DNA of 17,499 nucleotides, taken from positions 681 through 18,179 of the forward strand of contig DUFS01000021.1 of assembly GCA_013331805.1 (NCBI GenBank), written 5' to 3'. Within the stretch, counting starts at the first letter, position 1. Every line of letters begins with the position of its first letter. The notes under the pieces are model-generated. The model saw only the letters and a list, made by a program, of their open reading frames with translations, searched no databases and had not been told where the DNA came from. The stretch comes from Candidatus Micrarchaeota archaeon (GTDB lineage: Archaea; Micrarchaeota; Micrarchaeia; Anstonellales; Anstonellaceae). This document shows, in pieces, positions 16,967 to 17,499 of this stretch. Made by a program: the position numbers and the translations under genes.

Positions 16967-17206
16967 ATGAACCGATTGTTCGCATTCCTTGCTGCTGCAG
17001 CCCTGATGCTCTCATTCGGCTGCACGCAGGAAACACCTCCAAGCCAGCCTCCGGATGGAGAGGAGATGCCCCCCGGACCGCCTGACAACTCCACAATCGG
17101 CACTGCGGACAGCGAGCTATCTCCCACGCCTCCTGAAAACCCGGAGCAGCCGCAGCTTCCGCCAAGCTCAAACAGAGGCGAACCCCCGCCGCCCCAGCCA
17201 GTCTGA
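16967..17206 (+). CDS. Small proline-rich lipoprotein-like protein (79 aa)
   Basis: MNRLFAFLAAAALMLSFGC is a lipobox-like signal followed by a Pro/Glu/Ser low-complexity region. It starts 10 bp after the previous stop, with a GGGTGTG SD. Confidence 0.75.
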   Translation: MNRLFAFLAAAALMLSFGCTQETPPSQPPDGEEMPPGPPDNSTIGTADSELSPTPPENPEQPQLPPSSNRGEPPPPQPV

Positions 17207-17220
17207 GAGGAGATGAGCGC

Positions 17221-17310
17221 ATGCAGATCCCAGAAAAAGCATTCGATGCCCTGGAAATACTCATTGTGGCAATTTCAAGCTGCAGCCCTACTTCGGACAA
17301 GAAAGAATGA
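17221..17310 (+). CDS. Possible 29-aa microprotein (MQIPEKAFDALEILIVAISSCSPTSDKKE)
   Basis: GAGGAG lies 8 nt upstream of ATG 17221, 14 bp after the previous stop. The ORF is too short to be certain. Confidence 0.25.
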   Translation: MQIPEKAFDALEILIVAISSCSPTSDKKE

Positions 17311-17486
17311 GTGCTCCGACCGGGACGACAAACCGCTGGACGGTTTGGCGGCTTTTTCGCAGGGCGAAAATAGGGAGGGGCATGAAATGCTCCGACCGGG
17401 ATGGAGCAATGCGCAGCATTGCGACAGATTTGGAGCGCAGCTCCAAACGGGCGGACACGAACGAATGTGAGTGCTCCGACCGGGAT
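17294..17486. repeat. Tandem copies of the tRNA 3' end separated by structured ~70-nt units
   Basis: TGCTCCGACCGGGA starts at 17312, 17388 and 17472 (the tRNA itself). 17294-17325 and 17452-17485 align with 2 mismatches and one 2-nt gap. Confidence 0.85.
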
Positions 17487-17499
17487 TCGAACCCGGGTT
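17472..17499 (-). tRNA. 3' end of a tRNA gene (T-arm and acceptor strand), probably tRNA-Glu; truncated by the window edge
   Basis: The minus strand reads CCGGG-TTCGAAT-CCCGG-TCGGAGC-A, a canonical T-arm followed by the acceptor strand and discriminator. The CGGAGCA end resembles archaeal tRNA-Glu. The anticodon is outside the window and CCA is not encoded. Confidence 0.85.

Noticed and set aside
14042..17311. Integrated element or genomic island bounded by tRNA att sites
   Set aside because: The att-like copies all lie within 160 bp of the tRNA. I saw no distal copy and no integrase in the window.
17213..17470. 85-aa ORF spanning the repeat units
   Set aside because: It runs through the hairpin/repeat array, has no protein-like features, and its ATG is directly adjacent to the SD-like sequence.
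17312..17486. CRISPR array interpretation of the three repeats
   Set aside because: The repeat is only 14-18 bp and is the tRNA 3' end. The spacers are about 60-70 bp and self-structured, and no cas genes are present in the window.

Overview
Gene-dense archaeal window. It carries Rpo6, Dph5, Nre and archaeal RNase HII, and TATA boxes sit about 22-34 bp upstream of many start codons. The small hypotheticals and Cys-rich surface proteins suggest a DPANN lineage such as Micrarchaeota, which is an inference only. In order it contains: the 3' part of a very large CARDB and Cys-repeat surface protein, a transglutaminase-like protein lacking its catalytic Cys, rpo6, rnhB, a truncated HypA-like protein, Nre, dph5, a 557-aa RelA/SpoT/Mesh1-type HD hydrolase, mevalonate kinase, two membrane hypotheticals, pyrG, a DEAD-box helicase behind a hairpin-rich intergenic region, MscL, a membrane-anchored wHTH regulator followed by a palindrome-flanked promoter and a surface-protein operon, and the 3' end of a tRNA (probably Glu). 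The most unusual signal lies just downstream of the tRNA. Two ~70-nt units each begin with a copy of the tRNA 3' end and share one Y-shaped fold (closing stem plus two perfect hairpins 6 nt apart) despite unrelated internal sequence. All calls come from reading motifs by eye; no searches were run.
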